A stretch of 53,777 bases of DNA from a virus (taxonomy: Duplodnaviria; Caudoviricetes). Shown here piece by piece: positions 46,186 to 53,777 of this stretch. The stretch's first letter is position 1; every line of letters begins with the position of its first letter. Location: positions 1-53,777 of IMG/VR virus record IMGVR_UViG_3300025161_000009; one strand, given 5' to 3'. The position numbers and the translations under genes were made by a program. The notes under the pieces are model-generated. The model was not told the origin of the DNA, did not search any database, and saw nothing but the letters and a program-made list of their open reading frames with translations.

Positions 46186-46222
46186 TGAATAAACAGTGCT
46201 TCTTAAGATTAATTTAAGATTC

Positions 46223-48052
46223 TCAGTGGAGCCTGTATAGACGTTTTCCAGGCTTTCCTGGCCCTCCCTTCTGAATGATACAGTCGATCTCACCAGACTC
46301 TTGGAGGTCCTTGAGGACCTTCCTAACTAAAAAGTCGCTGGCAGATACTACAGAAAGCAGTTCCTCAGAAGTTACTCCCTCATCTATCCTAGCCAGCACC
46401 TGGAGTATCTTAGTTTTTAGATCACCAGAGTCCTCTTTCTTTTTTACCTCTGGGTAGTACCCATTGGCTAAATCTGGGAATCTATACGCCCAGTAAGTAG
46501 GTTGTGAGCTCTTGAACTCCCCCATGACCTCTACCCATCCATCTGGGTCTGGTTCTTCTCCTTTCAGGTAAAGGGATGACTCGCTGAAGGCATGGAAGGC
46601 GATTGAGCCATAAGAACGCTTACCTATATCTGCACCTCCCTTAGACCTATGGTGGACCAAGATTACCGCTGCTTGGTAATCTCGCTGGATCCTAGACGCC
46701 ACAGAAAAGACCGTCTCGGATACTTCAGATGCCTTGTACTCGTCAATCCCCAACAACATCCGTAGTATGGGGTCAAAGAAGACTGCCCGTATTCTTCCAT
46801 GGATACTGGCCACCCGATCTAGGTAGTCAAACAGCAACTGGGACCCATCTGGTGTAAAGAGAAACTCACGGGTGAGGTCCAAGTAGAAGGGTATGCCCCG
46901 TTCTGGGAACTGGATGTGGGGTATTGATAATCTCCCTCCCAGACCCTTGCTCAACATGATCTTAACTAACCTATCCTGGAGCAAGAAGTTTGGGTCTTCT
47001 TTAGGGACAAAGACCACTGCTCCGGGATCTGGCGCCTCAAAGGTACCTAAAAAGCGAGTGCCAGATGCCACGGACAAGGCTAAGTCTAAAGCCAACCAGG
47101 ATTTATACATCTTGGGAGCACCAGCAATTACTCCAATAGTCCCAGATAGCCAGACATCTTTCACAAGCCAATCCTCTTCTGTTTGCTGGGACCCCAAGAA
47201 CTCATCAAGGGTCACAAAAGACACAGGTGTTGTGGTAGGTTCAGGTATGAGTTCTAGGATGGTTTTTAAAGCAAGGTCCGTGTCTCTACATCTCAGCCAG
47301 AAGTCCCGCAGGTCTTTTTCTCCAGTTAGGGGGTTGACCAACTTTTGGGTTGGGAAGGGTAAAAACTTCAGCCCCACAGCCAGACAATCTTTGGACAGTT
47401 TCTCCTCTCCCTCTCGCCCTCCTTTATCTGCATCTAGCACAGCCACTACCTCACGGACACCTAGCTCCTTCAAAGAGGCTAGTGCACCCTCTAGAGGCGT
47501 GGAGGCTCCTTTAGTCATAGCATAGGCTACCAGCCCAAGGTGCCTTAGTACTCCTGTGTCTGACTCTCCTTCACATAGGAATATCCTCGAGGTTACCTCC
47601 TTTGGGTAGGGCCATAGGGGAGGGGATCCCCAGCCTGGAGGGTCCCAGTTGAACTCTTTGCTGCCAGCCTGCCTTAACTTTCGTACCTTAAGGTTCTCCC
47701 AAGTAAAGGCTACTGAGTTCTCCTCGAATGCTACTCCCCATACCTCCCATTCAATAGCCGGTATCCCGGTATAAGCTTCCCACCAAGATCTAGAATCCTG
47801 GGTTATACGGGTAGACACTTTCTTTATAGTAATCCTAGGTTTCTCTTGGGACCCACCTAGGCATTCTAGGATATGTTCATAGGAGCACCCAGCAAAGCAG
47901 TGGACAAGTACATCTCCATTAGAGGTGGGAGAAATTGAGAGCGAGGCTTTCAGGTCATCATGCCCGGGGCACAAAGCCATATACTCATCTCCTACCTTGG
48001 TGACCCCGTCTAGTTGACTTAGCCACCACTGGAGATCTCTTTTCTCCTTCAC
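46223..48052 (-). CDS. Primase-helicase (Zn finger, TOPRIM, AAA_25/RecA-like, wHTH)
   Basis: CPGHDD...HCFAGC, CEGESD, DAD..G, GAPKMYKS, FFDP and LVHH..K motifs. Confidence 0.9.
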   Translation of the reverse strand: MKEKRDLQWWLSQLDGVTKVGDEYMALCPGHDDLKASLSISPTSNGDVLVHCFAGCSYEHILECLGGSQEKPRITIKKVSTRITQDSRSWWEAYTGIPAIEWEVWGVAFEENSVAFTWENLKVRKLRQAGSKEFNWDPPGWGSPPLWPYPKEVTSRIFLCEGESDTGVLRHLGLVAYAMTKGASTPLEGALASLKELGVREVVAVLDADKGGREGEEKLSKDCLAVGLKFLPFPTQKLVNPLTGEKDLRDFWLRCRDTDLALKTILELIPEPTTTPVSFVTLDEFLGSQQTEEDWLVKDVWLSGTIGVIAGAPKMYKSWLALDLALSVASGTRFLGTFEAPDPGAVVFVPKEDPNFLLQDRLVKIMLSKGLGGRLSIPHIQFPERGIPFYLDLTREFLFTPDGSQLLFDYLDRVASIHGRIRAVFFDPILRMLLGIDEYKASEVSETVFSVASRIQRDYQAAVILVHHRSKGGADIGKRSYGSIAFHAFSESSLYLKGEEPDPDGWVEVMGEFKSSQPTYWAYRFPDLANGYYPEVKKKEDSGDLKTKILQVLARIDEGVTSEELLSVVSASDFLVRKVLKDLQESGEIDCIIQKGGPGKPGKRLYRLH

Positions 48053-48279
48053 GGGTCTAGGCAGTCAGGCTGAGTGTCTTCACCTAGTGCCGTAGGTAGT
48101 ACATCAGGGGGCAAAACTCCTTCCTTGCTTAGTTCTCTATGCAGCTTTTCATAATCAGACAACCTCGCTCTCAGGCCATTTTCTATTTGAGATATCTTTG
48201 GTTGAGACATACCTGCCCGCCTACCCAGTTCTGCTTGGGATAATCCAGCTAGGAGCCTGTAGAACCTTAAAACCCTCAT
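48049..48279 (-). CDS. XRE-family HTH regulator
   Basis: LR..R...GLSQAELG.RAG.SQ..IS.IENG. Confidence 0.88.
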   Translation of the reverse strand: MRVLRFYRLLAGLSQAELGRRAGMSQPKISQIENGLRARLSDYEKLHRELSKEGVLPPDVLPTALGEDTQPDCLDP

Positions 48280-48294
48280 TGTACCCTACCTTTC

Positions 48295-48540
48295 TTAGTT
48301 AGATCCCAAGTATAGTAGTATAAGCAGTATGCTAGCAACCAGGAATCCTGCCCGTTTGAGTGCCTTGAGAATAGACAGCTTAGTGCCTATGGGGAATTCC
48401 CCGTGCTCATAGTAAGTCATGGTTTCTCCATTGGGCAGCTTGGCAACCCTATGGCTTCCTTTGCCCATCCGGATCTCACACCCTTGGCCCTCTAGTAGTT
48501 TTGTAACATCTTTGCCTGTTTTAATCCTGGTCTTCTTCAT
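48295..48540 (-). CDS. HicA-like protein with hydrophobic C-terminal tail
   Basis: GKD..KLLE..G...R.GKGSH...H.E...GT..SILK; ATG 48540 follows GGAGG. Confidence 0.7.
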   Translation of the reverse strand: MKKTRIKTGKDVTKLLEGQGCEIRMGKGSHRVAKLPNGETMTYYEHGEFPIGTKLSILKALKRAGFLVASILLILLYLGSN

Positions 48541-48721
48541 AGGTGCCCTCCATGTAGTAGATCTCTTCAAGGTCCTTATTGGTGACTACTTTATAGGTCC
48601 CTGAGACGGATCTATCATACCCCATAGCCTCAACCTTATCTAAAATCTCATCCCACAAGGCATCTGCTTCTGCCTGTGTCATACCTTCTATTTGGAACTG
48701 AAAGTAAGCGTACTTATCCAT
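48521..48721 (-). CDS. Hypothetical protein
   Basis: GAGGTG SD. Confidence 0.55.
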   Translation of the reverse strand: MDKYAYFQFQIEGMTQAEADALWDEILDKVEAMGYDRSVSGTYKVVTNKDLEEIYYMEGTYEEDQD

Positions 48722-48730
48722 AGTTTCACC

Positions 48731-49000
48731 TCAGTTTAGCATGTCTAACTTTTTAGTAATAACGAAAGCGGGGTTACCACTAAGGTTGGTGAGCGTAACA
48801 GGTCCAGACCCGGCCAGCCTTAGTGACTCTAAGATTGCCTTCTCTCCTAAGCCATGTAGTCGCAAGAATTGAACTACAGAACTCTCATGTTTGAGTAATA
48901 GTAATCTAGTCTCAAAGAAGGCGTCCAGTTCTACTCCCCTCTTAGACAGTAAGACCAAAGGGCTTTTTAGAATAATCTTTTCTAGTAAATAAGCTTTCAT
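48731..49000 (-). CDS. Hypothetical protein
   Basis: Tiles after the polymerase gene. Confidence 0.55.
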   Translation of the reverse strand: MKAYLLEKIILKSPLVLLSKRGVELDAFFETRLLLLKHESSVVQFLRLHGLGEKAILESLRLAGSGPVTLTNLSGNPAFVITKKLDMLN

Positions 49001-49003
49001 AGT

Positions 49004-51481
49004 CTATCCCTCCCATTTCTTAAGATGCCCCCAGCGGTCCCCCCATTCTAAGTCTACCTTGAAGGGTATCTCCCCAGGGTCAATAATCTGAATAGTTTCC
49101 ATAGTTTTAACCATCAGTGGGGCAACTTGGGGGACAAGTTCCTCCTTGCAGAGAACCATGATAGAGTCATGCACTAAGAATAGTATCCAGGCACCCTCTT
49201 TAGGAAGAAGAGCATGGAGCCTTACTGCAGAGTCCAGGTTGATATCCGATGCCAACCCCTGGATGGGAGTATTGACAGAACGCCTTTCTACGTCCCCTCT
49301 GTTCTTGTAGAAGATAAAGGGGAAGCGCCTACGCCTGCCTGTTGCTGATTCTACATACTTGTACTTATGGACAAACTCGTGCTGCTTCCTAATCCACTCC
49401 TTGAACCCAGGAGTACTATCTAGGATACCTTCTAGTATTTCCTCAGCCTGTTTTAGTGTCCAGGACTGGTTATACTCAGTTGCGAGTATCCTTGCCTCAA
49501 TACCCTCCACAAGAGATTTGGCACCACGTCCATAGAGTACCCCGAACCTGAGACACTTAGCAGCATACCGCTCACCTTTTGAGATCTGGTCTGCAGGCTT
49601 ACCAAAGACAAAGCTAGCAGATTCTGCATGGATATCTCTACCATCCTTGAAAATCTGGATCATGGTAGGATCTTGGGAGTAGAAGGCACCCACCCTAAGT
49701 TCGAGTTGAGAATAGTCTGCTAGCAGTAACTTGTACCCCGGGGGTGCGATATAGGCATCTCGGATTAGTGGCCCCATCAGCAAGGGTTGGTTTTGAGGGT
49801 TAGGGTCTCGGTAGGCTATCCGCCCTGTGTCTGTCCCATGGATCAAGACGTCAGGTCTAACCCTCCCATCTGGGTCTAGCCGGTTGAGCACACCCTCAAG
49901 GTAGGTTGAGATGACTACTCCAACCTGCCTGTAGTTTATGAGTGTCTCAATAAACTCACGGACCTCAGGTGACCAGTCATGCCCTCCTTTCTCAAGTTCA
50001 AGCGACAGTTCTGTCTTACCTGTAGAGGGGACCATAAAGCCCATGTCTTTGAGAACCTTCTTTACCTGGACATGGGAGCCTGGGTTGAAAGAAGGCACCC
50101 CATGAGCCTCAGCTATACGGGTAAGCGTCTCCTTGAGTGAGGCATGCTCAACCTTCTTCTCTGCAAGGAGCTCCTCCATGTAAGGGACATCTATTGGGAT
50201 GCCTGTCTTTTCTACCTCGCAGAACATTCTTGCCGCAGGGATAAGTTGCCTTTCAACTAGAGTTAGTAACTTAGGTGACTCCATCGGGAGTTCTTGATAA
50301 AGGTCTTTATACAACCTGAGTGTGAAGTAGACATCCAATGCCTGGTACTCATACATGGTCTGGTAGTCCCGCTCCTCCTCCGGCAGTTTGAAGAACTTCT
50401 TGAAGTCAAACCCATAGTGAGTATCATAGCGGACCCTAACTTGGGTCTTAAGGCTAGAAATGGAGTAACTCCTGCCTTTAGGGGCTTCTATACTGGGGTC
50501 ATCTCCTCCTATCCCCCTCTCATCCTGGGCATACTGCATTAGCATAGTATCTGCTATCCTTGGGGGCTGGATCTCCTCCTCCAACCACTTTTGGAGGAAC
50601 TGGAGATCGAACTTGAAATTGTGCATAACGAGGAGGTGCTTGTCAGATTTAAGTAGCCTCTTTACTGCACTCTTTACTTCAGGGTCCTGGGCACTACTAA
50701 AAGGTATGATGGCTGAGTATCCGATTAGGTTGGCCTCGTCAAGAAACACCCCAAACCCTAATGATATAGGTTGGTCATAGTAGTATGAGAACCCGGTAGT
50801 TTCTAAGTCGCAGGAGACAACAGGGAACTCATCCAGTGTATCTAGCAGGTTGATAATCTCTCCCTTCTCAGTACAGATAGCCACCTCAACCTGGGTAGGC
50901 TCCATAGGAGTATCCCTTGTAGCAAGTTTATAGGTATCAGATGCAAAGTCACGGAACAAGTCCCATCCCCGTAGTACCGCAGAAGGGTGGTAAGTTGCTA
51001 CTCCAAAGGCTTTGTAAGGCACTTCTACTAGATCCTCTTCACCTAAGACGGTCTGCATACCAAACTCTATCCATTGCCCCATGCCCTGGTTCTCTGAGAT
51101 CTTAGCAATCTTTCCAGGTGAGATCATTGCTTGAAGAGCAGTGCCTCCTAACATGAGTATCTTCCTAGGATTGACATCCATCAGTTCATTAATCAACCTA
51201 CCATTGCAAGCAAGTACTGCTTTAGGAGTGGGAGTAGCATTATCTGGAGGTCTGCACAGGCAGGCATTAGTGTAGTAGACCTCATTGGGGTCAATTCCTA
51301 CTGCCTTCAAAGTGTCCCTCAAGAGCTTTCCAGACTCACCTACAAAGGGCTTTCCCTGGAGTACCTCATTCCTGCCTGGGGCCTCACCTAAAGCAACTAT
51401 CCCGCCCTTCCTTCCGTACCCTAGAACAGGCGGACAGTCCCTCAGGGGACACTTCTCACAACCTGAGTAGTTATCTATCAT
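49004..51481 (-). CDS. Family A DNA polymerase with N-terminal family-4 UDG-like domain and 3'-5' exonuclease
   Basis: CxxC, GEAPG, N..LCRPP.N, YHPSA; DLETTG, HN.KFD; TGR, DYSQLELR, R..AK...FG.LYG, NTPIQG, VHDS. Confidence 0.93.
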   Translation of the reverse strand: MIDNYSGCEKCPLRDCPPVLGYGRKGGIVALGEAPGRNEVLQGKPFVGESGKLLRDTLKAVGIDPNEVYYTNACLCRPPDNATPTPKAVLACNGRLINELMDVNPRKILMLGGTALQAMISPGKIAKISENQGMGQWIEFGMQTVLGEEDLVEVPYKAFGVATYHPSAVLRGWDLFRDFASDTYKLATRDTPMEPTQVEVAICTEKGEIINLLDTLDEFPVVSCDLETTGFSYYYDQPISLGFGVFLDEANLIGYSAIIPFSSAQDPEVKSAVKRLLKSDKHLLVMHNFKFDLQFLQKWLEEEIQPPRIADTMLMQYAQDERGIGGDDPSIEAPKGRSYSISSLKTQVRVRYDTHYGFDFKKFFKLPEEERDYQTMYEYQALDVYFTLRLYKDLYQELPMESPKLLTLVERQLIPAARMFCEVEKTGIPIDVPYMEELLAEKKVEHASLKETLTRIAEAHGVPSFNPGSHVQVKKVLKDMGFMVPSTGKTELSLELEKGGHDWSPEVREFIETLINYRQVGVVISTYLEGVLNRLDPDGRVRPDVLIHGTDTGRIAYRDPNPQNQPLLMGPLIRDAYIAPPGYKLLLADYSQLELRVGAFYSQDPTMIQIFKDGRDIHAESASFVFGKPADQISKGERYAAKCLRFGVLYGRGAKSLVEGIEARILATEYNQSWTLKQAEEILEGILDSTPGFKEWIRKQHEFVHKYKYVESATGRRRRFPFIFYKNRGDVERRSVNTPIQGLASDINLDSAVRLHALLPKEGAWILFLVHDSIMVLCKEELVPQVAPLMVKTMETIQIIDPGEIPFKVDLEWGDRWGHLKKWEG

Positions 51482-51870
51482 GGCTTCTCCTTTGGGTTCT
51501 TCTTACAAACTCCAGAATCAGAAGGTCTTGATAATCCAAAGTACGCCCTTACCTTGAGCCCACAGTACTCACATCTATAAGTTTCGGTTAGATCTGAATG
51601 GGTTACTAGGTTATCTCTAACCCACTTATGAGGTCCAAAACTCTCATTTGGGTTAGCCCCTGCATATTTTATCTTGCCTCCAGGCAAAGTTATAGTATAA
51701 CCCAGTCCAGGGAATCTGGTACAGACACTCTTTAGCCAGTATACTGCCTCAGAAGGTGTCTGAAAAACCCTCACTGTACCCTTAGTAGTATAGAAGTAGT
51801 CTCTAGAGTCCTCATCCTGTAGGGCATATTTGCCTTTATATGGTACTACTTTTACCTTGATACTAGTCAT
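51478..51870 (-). CDS. Hypothetical protein with C-terminal H..CxxC..C zinc finger
   Basis: ATG 51870 follows GGAGG. Confidence 0.6.
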   Translation of the reverse strand: MTSIKVKVVPYKGKYALQDEDSRDYFYTTKGTVRVFQTPSEAVYWLKSVCTRFPGLGYTITLPGGKIKYAGANPNESFGPHKWVRDNLVTHSDLTETYRCEYCGLKVRAYFGLSRPSDSGVCKKNPKEKP

Positions 51871-52036
51871 TACTATCACCCTCCAGATACAAGAAGATAC
51901 CAAAACCAATACTAGGAGACAGAAGGCATACTAGTAATGGTTTCATCCCCAAGGATACTAGAACTAGACCTACAAAGGTAACTGAAACTAGTATCTTGAA
52001 GTAAACCTTCAAATTGTCCCACCAGCTTTCCTCCAT
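51863..52036 (-). CDS. Small 2-TM membrane protein (not in the ORF track)
   Basis: MEESWWDNLKVYFKILVSVTFVGLVLVSLGMKPLLVCLLSPSIGFGIFLYLEGDSND*; abuts the upstream stop. Confidence 0.6.
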   Translation of the reverse strand: MEESWWDNLKVYFKILVSVTFVGLVLVSLGMKPLLVCLLSPSIGFGIFLYLEGDSND

Positions 52037-52843
52037 TTATACAACTCCATTAGTTATAGAGTCAAAGATGCTAGTATTATGCCTAGCTATCTCCAGCCCC
52101 TCAGGGGTAAACTCATAGTGAAAGTAGTTCTCAGGGCGCCTCGGGTACTCAGGTACTACAGAAGTCACAGGATCCAAGGCAATCTGGGAGGTAGCATAGA
52201 CAAGAGGCTTAGCAGAGTCAATAGAACGGATTCTACCACCAAAGTCCTCTGCTATCTTTTTATATGCCCACAGATCACGCCCCCACCCAAGGAGATGGAT
52301 ATCTGCATGGTAGTAGTCAGCCCAAGGGATTACATAGTCTTTGATAATCCGGTAAAGACCCCCATCAAATATCTCATAGTCTTTTGAGACCCCTAGAGTT
52401 ATTCCCTTACTTAGAAGTAAGGGAGATTCCCTTCTTACCATCTCTATAACAAGCCCCAAGGTATGTAGGCATGCAGAGAAGTCCTCCTCATCCTTACCTT
52501 GGGGGACAAGCATCCAGTGATAAGGGTACAGCGACTTTGTCAGTTCCAGGAATGAGTTAAGAGCCATAGTTGAGGTAGCTAGTCCGTCAAAGAGCTTGTC
52601 TGGTATAACGATCTCTGATGCCCCTACCTGAGGTGCTAACTCAAGTAATCTCTGGATAGGTTGCCCCACCTTAAACTCATGGGCAGAGTTGTCCAAGATA
52701 ATGTGAGACCCATTTTCTGACTCTGACTTGTAAAACTCTCTATAGTCAGATGATAACTCTACCAGGTGGGCAAGGATAAGGTGGTAGTCCCTACCTTTTG
52801 CTAACTCAAGGTGCTTGATAGGGGGGATTATAGTGGATTTCAT
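52037..52843 (-). CDS. TGT/DpdA-like TIM-barrel protein (candidate DNA guanine transglycosylase)
   Basis: ILDNSAHE, IPD, VPQG, IHLLG and SIDS in TGT-fold order; clustered with queC/queF. Confidence 0.7.
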   Translation of the reverse strand: MKSTIIPPIKHLELAKGRDYHLILAHLVELSSDYREFYKSESENGSHIILDNSAHEFKVGQPIQRLLELAPQVGASEIVIPDKLFDGLATSTMALNSFLELTKSLYPYHWMLVPQGKDEEDFSACLHTLGLVIEMVRRESPLLLSKGITLGVSKDYEIFDGGLYRIIKDYVIPWADYYHADIHLLGWGRDLWAYKKIAEDFGGRIRSIDSAKPLVYATSQIALDPVTSVVPEYPRRPENYFHYEFTPEGLEIARHNTSIFDSITNGVV

Positions 52844-53016
52844 AGCCCCTCCAGTAAAGGTATTCTGAGTACAACCCATATAGTTAGGATGCTCCCAACT
52901 ATACCAGCAATGAAAAGAACCACCTGGAGTTTCTTAGTAGGCATAAAGGGGGATACCAGTAGCATACTAAATGATAGGAACCCAAAGGCAAGTAGTAGTA
53001 CTAAAGTTTCTAACAT
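52840..53016 (-). CDS. Small 2-TM membrane protein
   Basis: Likely start ATG 53016 after AAGGAG. Confidence 0.55.
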   Translation of the reverse strand: MLETLVLLLAFGFLSFSMLLVSPFMPTKKLQVVLFIAGIVGSILTIWVVLRIPLLEGL

Positions 53017-53020
53017 GTTG

Positions 53021-53302
53021 TCATTTCTCCTTAACTTTGATATAAGCAAGTAGGAACCCAGCATAGTTCAGAATATCCTGTGCCTCTTCAACTACCTTGT
53101 TTAGGTTCCCAGCCATCTCGTACCCTACAGAACGGGCTGCCTTAGTAAAGATAATTCCTAGTAGGTCTTGTTCTCCGTGAGGCCACATAGCAGTTATGGG
53201 GAGAAATGAATTCTCCCCATTCTCAGACTGCTCAGTGACCCTACTCATTGCTCTCTCGATCTCATCTCTGAAGACCTTGAGAAAAGTAGCGTCATCTACC
53301 AT
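53021..53302 (-). CDS. Nucleotide-modification-associated (DUF1599/MazG-like helical) protein
   Basis: K..R and E..D..NYA motifs; sits between queF and the TGT-like gene. Confidence 0.5.
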   Translation of the reverse strand: MVDDATFLKVFRDEIERAMSRVTEQSENGENSFLPITAMWPHGEQDLLGIIFTKAARSVGYEMAGNLNKVVEEAQDILNYAGFLLAYIKVKEK

Positions 53303-53310
53303 TCTTCCCC

Positions 53311-53745
53311 CTAAATCTCTAGTGTGAGGTTCTGGACAAGATCTAAATAGCGACTGGCAACTACTGTTATGGCGATTCCACCTCTTGGCTTGAATACTCC
53401 AGTCACTTTTACATGGACAGGGGCAACCTCCTTCATAAAAAAGTCAGCAATCTCATTGATAATCTTCTCATGGAATGCCCTTTCATTTCTGAAGGACCAC
53501 AAGTACAGTTTCCAGGACTTGGACTCTACAATCTTTTCTACTGGGGAGTACTCAACAGTGATAGAAGCAAAGTCGGGTTGCCCAGTTACTGGACACAGGC
53601 AAGTAAACTCGTCTGAATGAAGGGTGATGGTACAGTGTTTACCAAACGCTGGGTTAGGGAAGCATTCTATCTGCTTCATAGGCTCAAGAACCTTATTACC
53701 TAGTATAGTTAGAGTGGGGTATTCAGGGTTTATGGCATTGCTCAT
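53311..53745 (-). CDS. queF: preQ0 reductase QueF (unimodular)
   Basis: FPNP, EFTCLCPVTGQPDFA, QueF motif ESKSWKLY..SFRN, HE and PRGGI. Confidence 0.95.
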   Translation of the reverse strand: MSNAINPEYPTLTILGNKVLEPMKQIECFPNPAFGKHCTITLHSDEFTCLCPVTGQPDFASITVEYSPVEKIVESKSWKLYLWSFRNERAFHEKIINEIADFFMKEVAPVHVKVTGVFKPRGGIAITVVASRYLDLVQNLTLEI

Positions 53746-53777
53746 CTTAAATTCTCCTTGTACTTTATAGGATCTTC
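53742..53777 (-). CDS. queC: Probable 3' end of queC across the circular junction
   Basis: Reads EDPIKYKENLR*, like the usual QueC C-terminal DP..Y. Its TGA overlaps the queF ATG (ATGA). Confidence 0.75.
   Translation of the reverse strand, partial: EDPIKYKENLR

Overview
The window looks like an essentially complete, circularly permuted tailed (siphovirus-like) phage genome of about 53.8 kb, with every credible gene on the minus strand. queC runs off position 1 and appears to finish at the far end (53777-53742). In transcription order the modules are: (i) a 7-deazaguanine DNA-modification cluster (YhhQ/VUT transporter, queC, queF, TGT/DpdA-like protein); (ii) replication (UDG-PolA fusion polymerase, primase-helicase); (iii) packaging, with a holin/lysin pair inserted between terS and terL, then portal and a 1365-aa polyvalent MuF protein; (iv) head, neck and tail; (v) an early/accessory region rich in structured non-coding DNA; (vi) recombination (SNF2, RuvC-like, PD-(D/E)XK, Sak4-like, SSB). 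No integrase, reverse transcriptase or CRISPR array was seen. The most striking unexplained features are: a Spo11/TopoVIA-like TOPRIM gene flanked by two paralogous genes that carry the same covarying, riboswitch-like leader, with large structured non-coding tracts (one tRNA-like) on either side; a MuF polyprotein cut into enzyme modules by five E-GGPGSGN-x-GH repeats; and a 93-bp element present twice in inverted orientation whose 17-bp hairpin is conserved by compensatory changes. All family assignments come from motif recognition by eye, not database searches.
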